Source: a virus (taxonomy: Duplodnaviria; Caudoviricetes). Taken from it: a stretch of 64,000 nt of DNA. The position numbers and the translations under genes were made by a program. The stretch covers positions 1 to 64,000 of IMG/VR virus record IMGVR_UViG_3300033073_001027. One strand, given 5' to 3'. Under the pieces are notes generated by a model. The model was not told the origin of the DNA. It searched no databases and saw only the letters and a list, made by a program, of their open reading frames with translations. Shown in pieces: positions 10,643 to 19,942 of the stretch (its first letter is position 1; every line of letters starts with the position of its first letter).

Positions 10643-13444
10643 TTAAAAATACGTTGCTTGACCAACATAATCCGAACCAAAATCGCCATTCACATAATCT
10701 TGAGTATTGATTATACCCGAATCAGTGATACCAAGTAGATCTCCGATTCCTTTATTTATAAGCATTCTCGAAGTTTCATTGATTCCAACCAGATCTGTTT
10801 TTGGTTCTTGCACATCAAGAAAAACAATATCCGAAACATTAGAATCTTCTGATTTTGAAAGTTGTAGGACTTTATTATAGTAGTCAAAAGTTGTTGCAAG
10901 TTCTGTCTTATTGAGTACAGAATTCAATGCAATTTCATCCGAGACTCCAACAGTTGCATCTTGCCTTGGTGTTCCAATTGAAATAGACTTATTGTCTGCA
11001 ACAGAAACTGAATCAGTAAGAACCTTATTGATTGTAAAACCAAGAGATTCTGCAGTATCTGCATAATCCTGTAGAACCTTACCAATATCAAAACTATTTA
11101 TTTGATCGCTTGGATGTTTATAGTCTGTGAGAACTTTACCAAACGCAACATTTATTGTTTCTTCTGGGTCCCAAGCAAATTCAGTTCCGCTATAATCTGG
11201 TGCTGCCCAGAAATCTCTAGTCACCCAGACAGGGTCTTCGGATAGAACCTTACCAAAATCAACAAAAGAATCAACTGAAGTCGTTGCAGTTTCGGTGAAA
11301 TCTCTGAAGTAGGAAACAACTCTGGAGAATGTATCCGACATGGTTGTTGTATCATCTTCTGGTTCATAGATACCAACATCAAACAAGAAGTCTGTTGCTT
11401 CAGATACCGTTACTGCATCAGAAAGAACTTTGTAGAAATCAACTTTGACTAAATCAGCATTATCATCATAAGCATAATCTGTTCCAGAATAATCTGCTAC
11501 AGCATAATATGATATTCCAGTATTTACAGAATCACTAAGAACCTTGAAGAAATGGACTTCAACGAGTTGTCCAGTTTCTGCAATATCCACGAATGTTTCG
11601 TGGAGATGCTCATACTCTACAGCACCAATATAATCTGTCAGACCGATAGTCTGGGAAATAATCAACTCACCAAATACTGCCATACCTGCAGGGTGTGCAG
11701 TTCTCTTTAGAATATCTGTCCAATAGTTAGCAGGAACGCCAGATCTAATTACATATGAATAATTCTGATAATAATAGTTGTCTTGCAGTCTAATACTATT
11801 GTCAGACAACATACCACGAGAGTCTTTAAATCTTCCCGATTTAACAAGAACTGCACCAGTAGTGAAAGCAAGAGTTGCAACACAACCTGTTGGAGATGTT
11901 ATGGTTGTCTCGAAGTATTCTTGTTCAAAGTCAAAACCAGTATTAAAGATTTCAACTGCAACAACACAACCTGTTTCGTCAACAGAAGTGACGCGAACAG
12001 ACGCTCTGTTATCTCTACCAACTAGAGTATATTGCTGTTCTTGGTCGAAATAATACAGATCCCCGTCAAACTGCGCTGGATCGTATGTCCCGTAATCTGC
12101 AGGGTTAGCATCAATTGCATCAATTACTTCTGTTGTTGGTGTGGCAAGAGGAGGATCAATTACATATGGACCGACTGTGCTGAGTTCGTCGATTTGATAA
12201 ATTTGACCGACTCTAAATCCACAATCACCATCTACACCTTCTCCGTCACAAGAAAGAACATCAACAGTCGAAAGTTGTCTGATAACATAACCATAGATAG
12301 AAGTGTTACCATGTAAATATATTTTTGTTCGAATAGAATCTGTTGAAAACAGAACTTGGTTTGCTTCAGTATATCCAGATCCGCCAGTCAATACTGTGAC
12401 AGTATCAATAGTACCATTTACTAGATTTGCCCTAAACTGAGCACCAGTTCCATCTGTGCCTGGAAGTGTGATGGTTGGTGCTGCATAGTATCCAGAACCA
12501 CCATCAAATATATTGATGGCAGTAATTTGTCCGTCTGTTATTTCTGCTTCAGCAACAGCACCAGCACCAGGAACCTTTAATGGAGTGTTCTTGGGTAAAG
12601 AAATAATCAATTCATAGATTGGTGGTTGTGTGTATGCTAATTTTTTAACATCACTGACAGTTGCTTCAATTGTTTTAGGGAAAATCTGAGTACCAGTATT
12701 CTCATAATAAACAAGATCGCAAATTGTTCCTGCCAGTTTGAAAGGATTTGTTCCTAAATCACCACCAACAATTCTAATAACAACATCTTCAATCCAGACA
12801 CCATCAGATGCCTTCAAGATATGCTGAGAAGGGTAGAAAAATTCAATACTCTCGTCATACAAAATCTTGAACAGAAGTTCCATAGAATCTTCTGCACCCT
12901 TGGAATCATAAAATTGTCTGATTAATTTTACGAGTCTACGTTGATTTACCAGAACTGTTCTTGGAATATCGATAGCATATTGTCTTCTGAATTGCTCGAC
13001 GAATTCGTCAAGAGTTCTGTCAACATCAGAAAAATCTTTTGCGTTCAATAGAACATTATTTACTTCCCCTGATTGATCAAGGAAACGATAATATGCTTCA
13101 AGAAAAGTGACAAAACCAGAATATTCATTCTGAACAAATTCTGGTAATTGTTCTTGGATCAGGTACTCAAGTTTGTTTTTATAGTCAATATCACCAATGA
13201 TTGCTTCTACGACTGCACCAGAACCCGTCGAATCATCAATCTCGACAGTTGGAACTTCGGTAAAACCTGTTCCCTGATTGAGAATCGTAAACCCTGTGAT
13301 TTTACCTTCAGTTACTATTGCCTCAACTGAAGCATTTTGCCCACCGCCACCCGTGATCGTGATGGTTGGTGCAGTATAATCTGCACCACGACTGGTAATT
13401 GTGAACCCAGTAAGAACCTTTGAGTATGATGGGATAGTGTTCAT
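10643..13444 (-). CDS. gp7: Baseplate wedge initiator gp7-like with C-terminal repeats
   Basis: QLPEFV...FLEAYY, FYDSKG...LFKILYDE and LQDNYYYQNYSYVIRS...HPAGM motifs; lies between gp6 and gp8. Confidence 0.8.
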   Translation of the reverse strand: MNTIPSYSKVLTGFTITSRGADYTAPTITITGGGGQNASVEAIVTEGKITGFTILNQGTGFTEVPTVEIDDSTGSGAVVEAIIGDIDYKNKLEYLIQEQLPEFVQNEYSGFVTFLEAYYRFLDQSGEVNNVLLNAKDFSDVDRTLDEFVEQFRRQYAIDIPRTVLVNQRRLVKLIRQFYDSKGAEDSMELLFKILYDESIEFFYPSQHILKASDGVWIEDVVIRIVGGDLGTNPFKLAGTICDLVYYENTGTQIFPKTIEATVSDVKKLAYTQPPIYELIISLPKNTPLKVPGAGAVAEAEITDGQITAINIFDGGSGYYAAPTITLPGTDGTGAQFRANLVNGTIDTVTVLTGGSGYTEANQVLFSTDSIRTKIYLHGNTSIYGYVIRQLSTVDVLSCDGEGVDGDCGFRVGQIYQIDELSTVGPYVIDPPLATPTTEVIDAIDANPADYGTYDPAQFDGDLYYFDQEQQYTLVGRDNRASVRVTSVDETGCVVAVEIFNTGFDFEQEYFETTITSPTGCVATLAFTTGAVLVKSGRFKDSRGMLSDNSIRLQDNYYYQNYSYVIRSGVPANYWTDILKRTAHPAGMAVFGELIISQTIGLTDYIGAVEYEHLHETFVDIAETGQLVEVHFFKVLSDSVNTGISYYAVADYSGTDYAYDDNADLVKVDFYKVLSDAVTVSEATDFLFDVGIYEPEDDTTTMSDTFSRVVSYFRDFTETATTSVDSFVDFGKVLSEDPVWVTRDFWAAPDYSGTEFAWDPEETINVAFGKVLTDYKHPSDQINSFDIGKVLQDYADTAESLGFTINKVLTDSVSVADNKSISIGTPRQDATVGVSDEIALNSVLNKTELATTFDYYNKVLQLSKSEDSNVSDIVFLDVQEPKTDLVGINETSRMLINKGIGDLLGITDSGIINTQDYVNGDFGSDYVGQATYF

Positions 13445-13447
13445 TTT

Positions 13448-15376
13448 TTATTGTGGATACGCAGAAACTGTCAGACCAACTGGAATATTTGCATCAACAT
13501 TCGCACCGCTGGTATCAAGTTTTAACAGAGAATTTCTAGAAACAGTAGGAATTATCGGACCAGTAGTACTTTCCATCATAGCGCCATCGGTAGACAGAAT
13601 TTTAGTAGTAATATCTGCAGTCACATTTTGCGGTTTGACATAAATTCTAAACGATGTAGCACCACCGAGATACTCGATGAAATATGTGTTAGGAATTACA
13701 ATCTTACCTGTGTTATAATCAATTGTTCCCACGTTAGTTGAAATTGTAGATCCAGTTCCAACCTGCTTTAAGTGAATTGTTCCTGTTCCAGTTGGATCTG
13801 CAGGAACACTATCTGGAACATCAACCATATAAACATCATAATATAGTCCATCAAGATATGTCTTAAAGTTTGTTGAATGTAAACTAGCAGGTGCAATTTG
13901 TTGCCCAAAATTTGGCGTCAGTCTGTAACCTGTTTGACTACTGATAATATTTGTGAATCTTTTGTGCAATGTAAGATCAATTGTATTTGTTGTAATTGCA
14001 TCGAGCGAATCCATAATATCAGAACTGAGTTGAGAATAATAAAAATTCTTTGCCAGTTTGTTAAGATTCGTGGAGAAGTAACCTTGGATTGTCTGGCGAA
14101 CTAACTCTTCGACTTGCGATGATGTTTGTGTAGTTCTTGTTTCTAGATATTTGATAGAAGAATTGATACCAATATATGTGTATTCTGGATCCACAAATTG
14201 TGGTTGGATAGAAACAACACTTTTCGGTCCAATAATACTTCTTGCAATATTATCTTTATCAGTTTCAGTGATAATTGTATTTTCTACTGGATCTAGACAG
14301 ATAAAAACTTTACCATAGATTGGAGGATCATTTTCTTCTCCACCCCAAACTGTGATTGAATTGATTCCTGGAAAATCTCTCTGAATTAGAGATTTATAAT
14401 CTTCTGCTGTTACCGCTCTATCTCTAGTAGTATTGAATTTTGGTGCATAATATTTGATACTATCGATACTTTCTACTGGAGTACCACCACCAGCAACATT
14501 CACAACTTCAATCAATTTAGTTTCATTATTATTAATGAGATTACCAATCATCTTGAAATTACGGATGTTGTTTCCGTATTCTGCAGCACCAACAAAATAT
14601 TCAACTGTTACAATATTACCATACTCTAATTGTTTACCGATAATATTGTCACCAAAAATAATTCTAAACAGACCATCAGTTCCTTCTTCAACCCAGAAAG
14701 AATTACTTGATCCATCGATATTCAGAGAGGTTCCAGCATAATTGAATGATGTCAATGTAAGATCTGTAGAAGAATTCTGAACAGTTACTTTTAGTGTGGT
14801 AGTATCCACATCCTTATTAGGAATTACAAATGGTCCAGATAAGTTAGTAGTATCTACGATAAAACTGTTAGTTACTCTATTACCTTGGATAATAGGTATA
14901 TTCTCAAAAACAAATGTCTTAATTGAACCTGTTTGATTTGCAATGCCAACGGTATAATCTTTGTCTGGTGAGAATGAATACTGCCCAGACCCAGAAAAAC
15001 TAGAAGACAAACCTGTTCCTGTAAATACAGTATTTTTACTCAATAACAATGTCGAACCAGTATATCCACTTGGAGCAGTAATTGTCAGATTAATTGTTGC
15101 TCTCGCAGAGTGCTGAGAATTCGGAACATACCCCATTGTTTTAGCAATAGATACAACCGAAGAACGCTTTAGTGCGCTGTCAAGAAACATTTCGTTTGCA
15201 AGCATATGCGCAAGAGTGGCATTATAGTGAGTGTTATACGCAAGAACGTCGAGAAGAACTGACATTGCAGATCCCTCAAAGTTGTAGTCTGAAAATTCAG
15301 GTTGACTTGCTAGAAATTCTTTTAGATTGGTTTTGATTCCAGCAAAATCCAGTTCTGTGACTCTTAGTTCAGGCAT
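13448..15376 (-). CDS. gp6: Baseplate wedge subunit gp6
   Basis: ELDFAGIKTNLKEFL...DYNFEGSAMSVLLDVLAYNTHYNA...FLDSA and RAVTAEDY motifs. Confidence 0.95.
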   Translation of the reverse strand: MPELRVTELDFAGIKTNLKEFLASQPEFSDYNFEGSAMSVLLDVLAYNTHYNATLAHMLANEMFLDSALKRSSVVSIAKTMGYVPNSQHSARATINLTITAPSGYTGSTLLLSKNTVFTGTGLSSSFSGSGQYSFSPDKDYTVGIANQTGSIKTFVFENIPIIQGNRVTNSFIVDTTNLSGPFVIPNKDVDTTTLKVTVQNSSTDLTLTSFNYAGTSLNIDGSSNSFWVEEGTDGLFRIIFGDNIIGKQLEYGNIVTVEYFVGAAEYGNNIRNFKMIGNLINNNETKLIEVVNVAGGGTPVESIDSIKYYAPKFNTTRDRAVTAEDYKSLIQRDFPGINSITVWGGEENDPPIYGKVFICLDPVENTIITETDKDNIARSIIGPKSVVSIQPQFVDPEYTYIGINSSIKYLETRTTQTSSQVEELVRQTIQGYFSTNLNKLAKNFYYSQLSSDIMDSLDAITTNTIDLTLHKRFTNIISSQTGYRLTPNFGQQIAPASLHSTNFKTYLDGLYYDVYMVDVPDSVPADPTGTGTIHLKQVGTGSTISTNVGTIDYNTGKIVIPNTYFIEYLGGATSFRIYVKPQNVTADITTKILSTDGAMMESTTGPIIPTVSRNSLLKLDTSGANVDANIPVGLTVSAYPQ

Positions 15377-15765
15377 TATCTCAATCTCTTTAAGAACGTT
15401 GAATAAGTAACGGGATCTGGCAACCCTACCACATAGAAAATGATAGTAATGTCATATTGATTGAGATCCTGATTTGGGTTTACATCCACCTGTTCCAATC
15501 TACATCTTGGTTCATAATTACGTATCAATAAAGTAATCTGGTTCTGTAACATGTTTGCTGTAATCATATCCATCGGATCAAACAGCATCTTGTATATTGG
15601 CGAACCAAGTTTATAATTAAATGGTCTTTCTCCATTTGCAGTCATTAGTAATATACGAAGAGACTGCTTCACAGCATTTACGTCATACTTCTTTGCCACG
15701 TCACCTGTTCCTGGGAGTGGCGCAAAAGATAGATCTAGATCTTTGTATATTCTGACTTTTTCCAT
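15376..15765 (-). CDS. gp25: Baseplate wedge subunit gp25
   Basis: YKDLDLSF...AVKQSLRILLMT..GERPF...YEPR motifs. Confidence 0.92.
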   Translation of the reverse strand: MEKVRIYKDLDLSFAPLPGTGDVAKKYDVNAVKQSLRILLMTANGERPFNYKLGSPIYKMLFDPMDMITANMLQNQITLLIRNYEPRCRLEQVDVNPNQDLNQYDITIIFYVVGLPDPVTYSTFLKRLR

Positions 15766-15771
15766 AAGACT

Positions 15772-15779
15772 TATTTATA
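15772..15779 (-). promoter_or_regulatory. T4-type late promoter TATAAATA
   Basis: Exact TATAAATA on the minus strand just upstream of gp25. Confidence 0.8.
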
Positions 15780-15786
15780 TGAGATG

Positions 15787-18700
15787 TTAGAATTTCTTAA
15801 ATGTTCCAGGCGAAGAAACACGTTTATGATTATACATCGTAAAGTGTTCGTATCTGTTTCCTGAAGATTTGAACGAGATATGTATCCAGTGACCACCTGA
15901 TGGAAGATATTCCAACAGGAGTTGATCATATGGAACATTCTTCGCGATCCATTGAACGATTTCAAAATATTGTGGTTTAGAATGTCCACTAAATTTCATA
16001 TCTACTGCTTGTCCAAGCATGTGTTGAGATGTCTTAGAACCACCTTCTGGAATATAATCTCTAAATCCAGATGTGAAATACATATCTGGGTATTGCTTCT
16101 TGATTACATCGAGGCAGTTTACCGCAAGGCAACGCATATTAGCAATCATATCTGCTTTACTAAATCCACCGTAGTCTCTAAGTTTACCCTTAACCATGAC
16201 ATCTTTAAGAGTAAAGTAATCGGAAATCTTCATACCATAGTTGATGCCATTTGAAATATTAATATCAGGAAGTTTAGTTCCCTTCTTTGTTACATTACAT
16301 GCACCAGCAGGAACCTTACTGCTTGTTACATCTGCAGAATCTTCTTCTCCTGGTGTCGGTGTGTCCTCAATTCCTGCTTTATTTCTGTCCTCGATACCAT
16401 CCTCACCATCATAATCCATGCCCTTCAATTCGTCAGCAGTTGGTCCGCCGCCACCAACAAATTGAGGTTCGCTCGGAGTCATTGGAGAAACAGGATCAGA
16501 AACAACTGTAATTTCAGGAGGTGTTCCGTCTGCTGCTGATGCAGGGGAAGTAACACTAACTGATGTTGTACCTCTGATATTTTGCGTATCGTCTGGTAGA
16601 TTGTGGGTTCCCTTGAGGTTAGTAGTCCCTGCATTCAATGTAGAAGTTTTTACCAATGGTGTATTAAGTTCTGCTGTTTCTATCTTCGAAGAAATAACCT
16701 TTGCTGCCTTCAGATTGATATTTCCTGAACCTTCAGCATTAATTGCAGCACTTGACTTGATGTCAATATTGCCAGTAGCATCAACCTTAATTCCGTCAGC
16801 AGACAATAGATCGATTGAGTTTGCAGAACCCATTCTATACCCACCTGAAGTAGAGGAGTTAATGTCACCAGTTACGTCAAGTGAATACTCCCCATCGACA
16901 CGTGAGGCAAAAGTTCCCTTTACTGCTAGACTGAAATTACCACCGATACTCCAGTCGACATTACCATGCGTATCAATAGATGTATTACCGCCAACAGTAA
17001 GATTACAATTATTTGCAACGTAGATATTACAACTACCACCAACATGGACATTCGCTTTACCCTCAATCGTAATAACACCATTACGATCAATTACTGTATA
17101 TCCATCACCAACAATTTTGTTTACCTGCGAACCATCTGGTCGCATTTCTTGGAATGTTCCAGATCTGTGATTCAGCGAAACACGTTCAGCATGTGGAGTG
17201 TCATCAAACTCCAATGTGTGCCCAGATTCTGATTGGTATGTGTGATTGTGTGGATACTTGGATGCTGCTGCAGATTTAGGTTGCGACACGGTCTCACCTG
17301 TTCTACCAGCAATAGTCTTTGATTGTGTTCTCTCAGCATCATGCTGACCATGGATGGTTTCTTCCTTTGGCAAAGTTTTGGTGCCTGAATTGTCACCAAC
17401 TGCCAATGGATTAACGTCTCCCGCACCAGTTTTCAAATAATCTTTCTTGGGATATACGTTGTTTGGGTCTTTGAAACCAATTCTTGGATCTGTGTTATAC
17501 AACCCCTCGTGCGTCGGTTGGTTTGCAATAGTTGGTTTTGCTGCAGCAACCTGCGCAGGTGTAGTCTTAGGAGGCGTGGCAATCCCAGATGTAGATTTCA
17601 ATCCATCATCCAACGTAGATAATGCAAGACTGCCAACGTTAAAGAAATCTAATGAAGTCTTTCCATCAGAACTTGTCTTTACCATTCCTCTTGCAAATTT
17701 GATTGCAGTATCAATACCTTGACCATTAGCAACCGAAAGCAAACCAGTGATAATTTCTTTTGGACTGTCGGAGTCAATAACCTTGGAAGAAAATAACGAC
17801 TTCAAGTTTCTGTCAAGCAATGACAACATAGCATTATTTTGTGCAATAGGATCATTAAGAAACCCTGAAGATCCACCACCAAGATTTAATGTTTGCTCTC
17901 CAAGAACATTTGTTAATGCATCGTCTGTTTGATCTCTAAAATCGCTGATCAGACTACAAACATTTGTCGCGCTGGCAGATAGTGTTTCTGGTGTACCTGT
18001 TGTTCTGAATTCATCAAATGAGACATCAATTGCTCGATTAAGAGCAGTTGCATTTTGAACAATTTGATTGCCAACATCTGTAAATGCAATTGAAGAAGGA
18101 GAAGGTAATTTTGCAGAAGAAAGAGCAGATGAAATACTAGAAACTGTTGATGTGATTGAAGACTGTACGCTCTTTGACAACTTATCAACTGACTGGATCG
18201 AAGCAGTCAATGACGTTGCCTGATTACCAGAATTATTGATTTTATTTGTGATTGAAGTAACTGATGATGTAATTTGTTTTGTTGTGCTAGAAAGCAAAGA
18301 ATCGACTTTTCCAACAGAACCAGTAATAGTTTTGTTTGCTATTTCCGCTGCGCTTCCTGCCTTGGCAACCCAAATTTTTGGATCTGCCATTGCGGCGAAA
18401 TTTAAATTGTTTGCAACGGAAAGTGGGATTCCTGTTGGAACACCAATTTTAAATTTATTCAATGCATCGAGAGCAAAATTCTTGCCAAGGTTTTTACCAG
18501 TTAGTCCAGATAAACCAAGTTTGCCGAGAGGATCTGCAGCAGAACTACGTAACCATGTTTTCTTTGTCAGAGAATCCAGAGGATTTCCAACTCTTTTTTT
18601 AATATTTTCTAGAGTTTTTTCTACAGCACCAGGAACAACCGCACCAACTGCTTGTAGTGCTTCCAAGTTAAATCCATATGCACCCATTTTACCAGACTTA

Positions 18701-18843
18701 CCAACAGCGGCAGCATCACCATCAGATACGTGCGTGGCAACTGCCATCATCAATTTCTTGATTTCTGTGTCGGGAAGTGTCAATCCCAGTTTAGTACCTG
18801 AGATGAATGTTGTTATATCATGGTTGAGCAAATCTTGTTGCAT
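15787..18843 (-). CDS. gp5 C-terminal-half protein: degenerate lysozyme-like N-terminus, gp5 beta-helix, C-terminal M15A peptidase
   Basis: YPHNHTYQSESGHTLEFDDTPHAERV (gp5 central motif), V.G....V.G beta-helix repeats, and SGFR...SQHMLGQAVD...WIHISF (M15 peptidase). Its ATG overlaps the upstream stop (TGATG). Confidence 0.85.
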   Translation of the reverse strand: MQQDLLNHDITTFISGTKLGLTLPDTEIKKLMMAVATHVSDGDAAAVGKSGKMGAYGFNLEALQAVGAVVPGAVEKTLENIKKRVGNPLDSLTKKTWLRSSAADPLGKLGLSGLTGKNLGKNFALDALNKFKIGVPTGIPLSVANNLNFAAMADPKIWVAKAGSAAEIANKTITGSVGKVDSLLSSTTKQITSSVTSITNKINNSGNQATSLTASIQSVDKLSKSVQSSITSTVSSISSALSSAKLPSPSSIAFTDVGNQIVQNATALNRAIDVSFDEFRTTGTPETLSASATNVCSLISDFRDQTDDALTNVLGEQTLNLGGGSSGFLNDPIAQNNAMLSLLDRNLKSLFSSKVIDSDSPKEIITGLLSVANGQGIDTAIKFARGMVKTSSDGKTSLDFFNVGSLALSTLDDGLKSTSGIATPPKTTPAQVAAAKPTIANQPTHEGLYNTDPRIGFKDPNNVYPKKDYLKTGAGDVNPLAVGDNSGTKTLPKEETIHGQHDAERTQSKTIAGRTGETVSQPKSAAASKYPHNHTYQSESGHTLEFDDTPHAERVSLNHRSGTFQEMRPDGSQVNKIVGDGYTVIDRNGVITIEGKANVHVGGSCNIYVANNCNLTVGGNTSIDTHGNVDWSIGGNFSLAVKGTFASRVDGEYSLDVTGDINSSTSGGYRMGSANSIDLLSADGIKVDATGNIDIKSSAAINAEGSGNINLKAAKVISSKIETAELNTPLVKTSTLNAGTTNLKGTHNLPDDTQNIRGTTSVSVTSPASAADGTPPEITVVSDPVSPMTPSEPQFVGGGGPTADELKGMDYDGEDGIEDRNKAGIEDTPTPGEEDSADVTSSKVPAGACNVTKKGTKLPDINISNGINYGMKISDYFTLKDVMVKGKLRDYGGFSKADMIANMRCLAVNCLDVIKKQYPDMYFTSGFRDYIPEGGSKTSQHMLGQAVDMKFSGHSKPQYFEIVQWIAKNVPYDQLLLEYLPSGGHWIHISFKSSGNRYEHFTMYNHKRVSSPGTFKKF

Positions 18844-19940
18844 CAAATAAACTTCCCATTTTTAGTTAAATTATCCATAAAACACTTATACATTTCTTGC
18901 TTCTTCGGCCAACCAGTCTTGACACCACCGACTGCTTTCAATAATATTGGCATTGCATTATCGCCCTTAAGACTTGAAAGACTTACTTTACGGCAAACAG
19001 TAAAATATGCGATAGTCGCCTTTGTGCAAGTTTCTACATTCTGAATCATTAGATCAGGATTAGCAGTCAAGTTTATACCAATTTTATTTCCAATTATCGA
19101 GTAGTTTGACTTACCAGTAATCTGAATGAATCCTCTACCTCGATATTTCCAACCATCCATATTTGGATCAGTGCTGATTCCATCAAATGGTTTATTCCCA
19201 AGAGTTGCTTGTCCATATAAGAAATTGCCAACTGCAACTTTACCTGCGCCAGCAAGTTGACGAGCAAATGCATCACCCTTTGATTTTACGCGACTGAAGT
19301 TTTTCAGTAGTCCGTTTGCGCTGTAATTTAAATTTTCTTCAATAGGTTTCCAAGTAGACTCTCCACCTGCGATTGCAAGCAAAGCAGCGACAGCATTTGG
19401 ATAAGCAGATTGAGTCCAACCAAGCGCCGCAGCACCATTAATAATTGCCTGAATATTAGATTTGCTACCAGAGGCAATAGTTCTTTTCGCAGCATCACTA
19501 CAATTACAATTTTTCAATGCTTCCAGAGTAGCAGGATCTACCTTACCACCACCAGAACCACCAGATCCTCCTGCAGTTGGTGAATTACCAGAACCATCTC
19601 CAGTGGAACCATCTCCGCCCGATCCAGGAACAGCAGCAATTGTGCCAACATATGCTGGTAACTGACCCTCTTCACCATCAATGAAGAACCCCCAACACCA
19701 AGTCCCTTCAACTGGTCCTGTTGGAGACCATCCTATACCAGAAGTTCCTGCAGAAATAGCAGGTTGAATTGGCAATGCCCATGGAAGATCATCAGTTGGT
19801 AGTTGTTCTTTATCATCTGTGTGGTATCCTAGGATACGAAGGCGCAATCTCCCCAAACGAAGCGGATCATCGCGATCTTCCACGACTCCGAAAAACCAAT
19901 AAAAGTTTGCATCATTGTTAGAGAAAAAGTTATTTGCCAT
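18843..19940 (-). CDS. gp5: gp5 N-terminal OB-fold protein fused to a GH19-like glycoside hydrolase
   Basis: WFFGVVEDRDDPLRLGRLR...LPWA...GPVEGTWCWGFFIDG (Gp5 OB fold), a G/S linker, then EENLNYS...YRGRGFIQITGKSNY (GH19 endolysin motif). Confidence 0.88.
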   Translation of the reverse strand: MANNFFSNNDANFYWFFGVVEDRDDPLRLGRLRLRILGYHTDDKEQLPTDDLPWALPIQPAISAGTSGIGWSPTGPVEGTWCWGFFIDGEEGQLPAYVGTIAAVPGSGGDGSTGDGSGNSPTAGGSGGSGGGKVDPATLEALKNCNCSDAAKRTIASGSKSNIQAIINGAAALGWTQSAYPNAVAALLAIAGGESTWKPIEENLNYSANGLLKNFSRVKSKGDAFARQLAGAGKVAVGNFLYGQATLGNKPFDGISTDPNMDGWKYRGRGFIQITGKSNYSIIGNKIGINLTANPDLMIQNVETCTKATIAYFTVCRKVSLSSLKGDNAMPILLKAVGGVKTGWPKKQEMYKCFMDNLTKNGKFI

Positions 19941-19942
19941 AA

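Noticed and set aside
18835-18850. Pseudogene or frameshifted gp5
   Set aside because: The clean TGATG stop/start coupling and complete terminal domains on both parts suggest two genuine genes.
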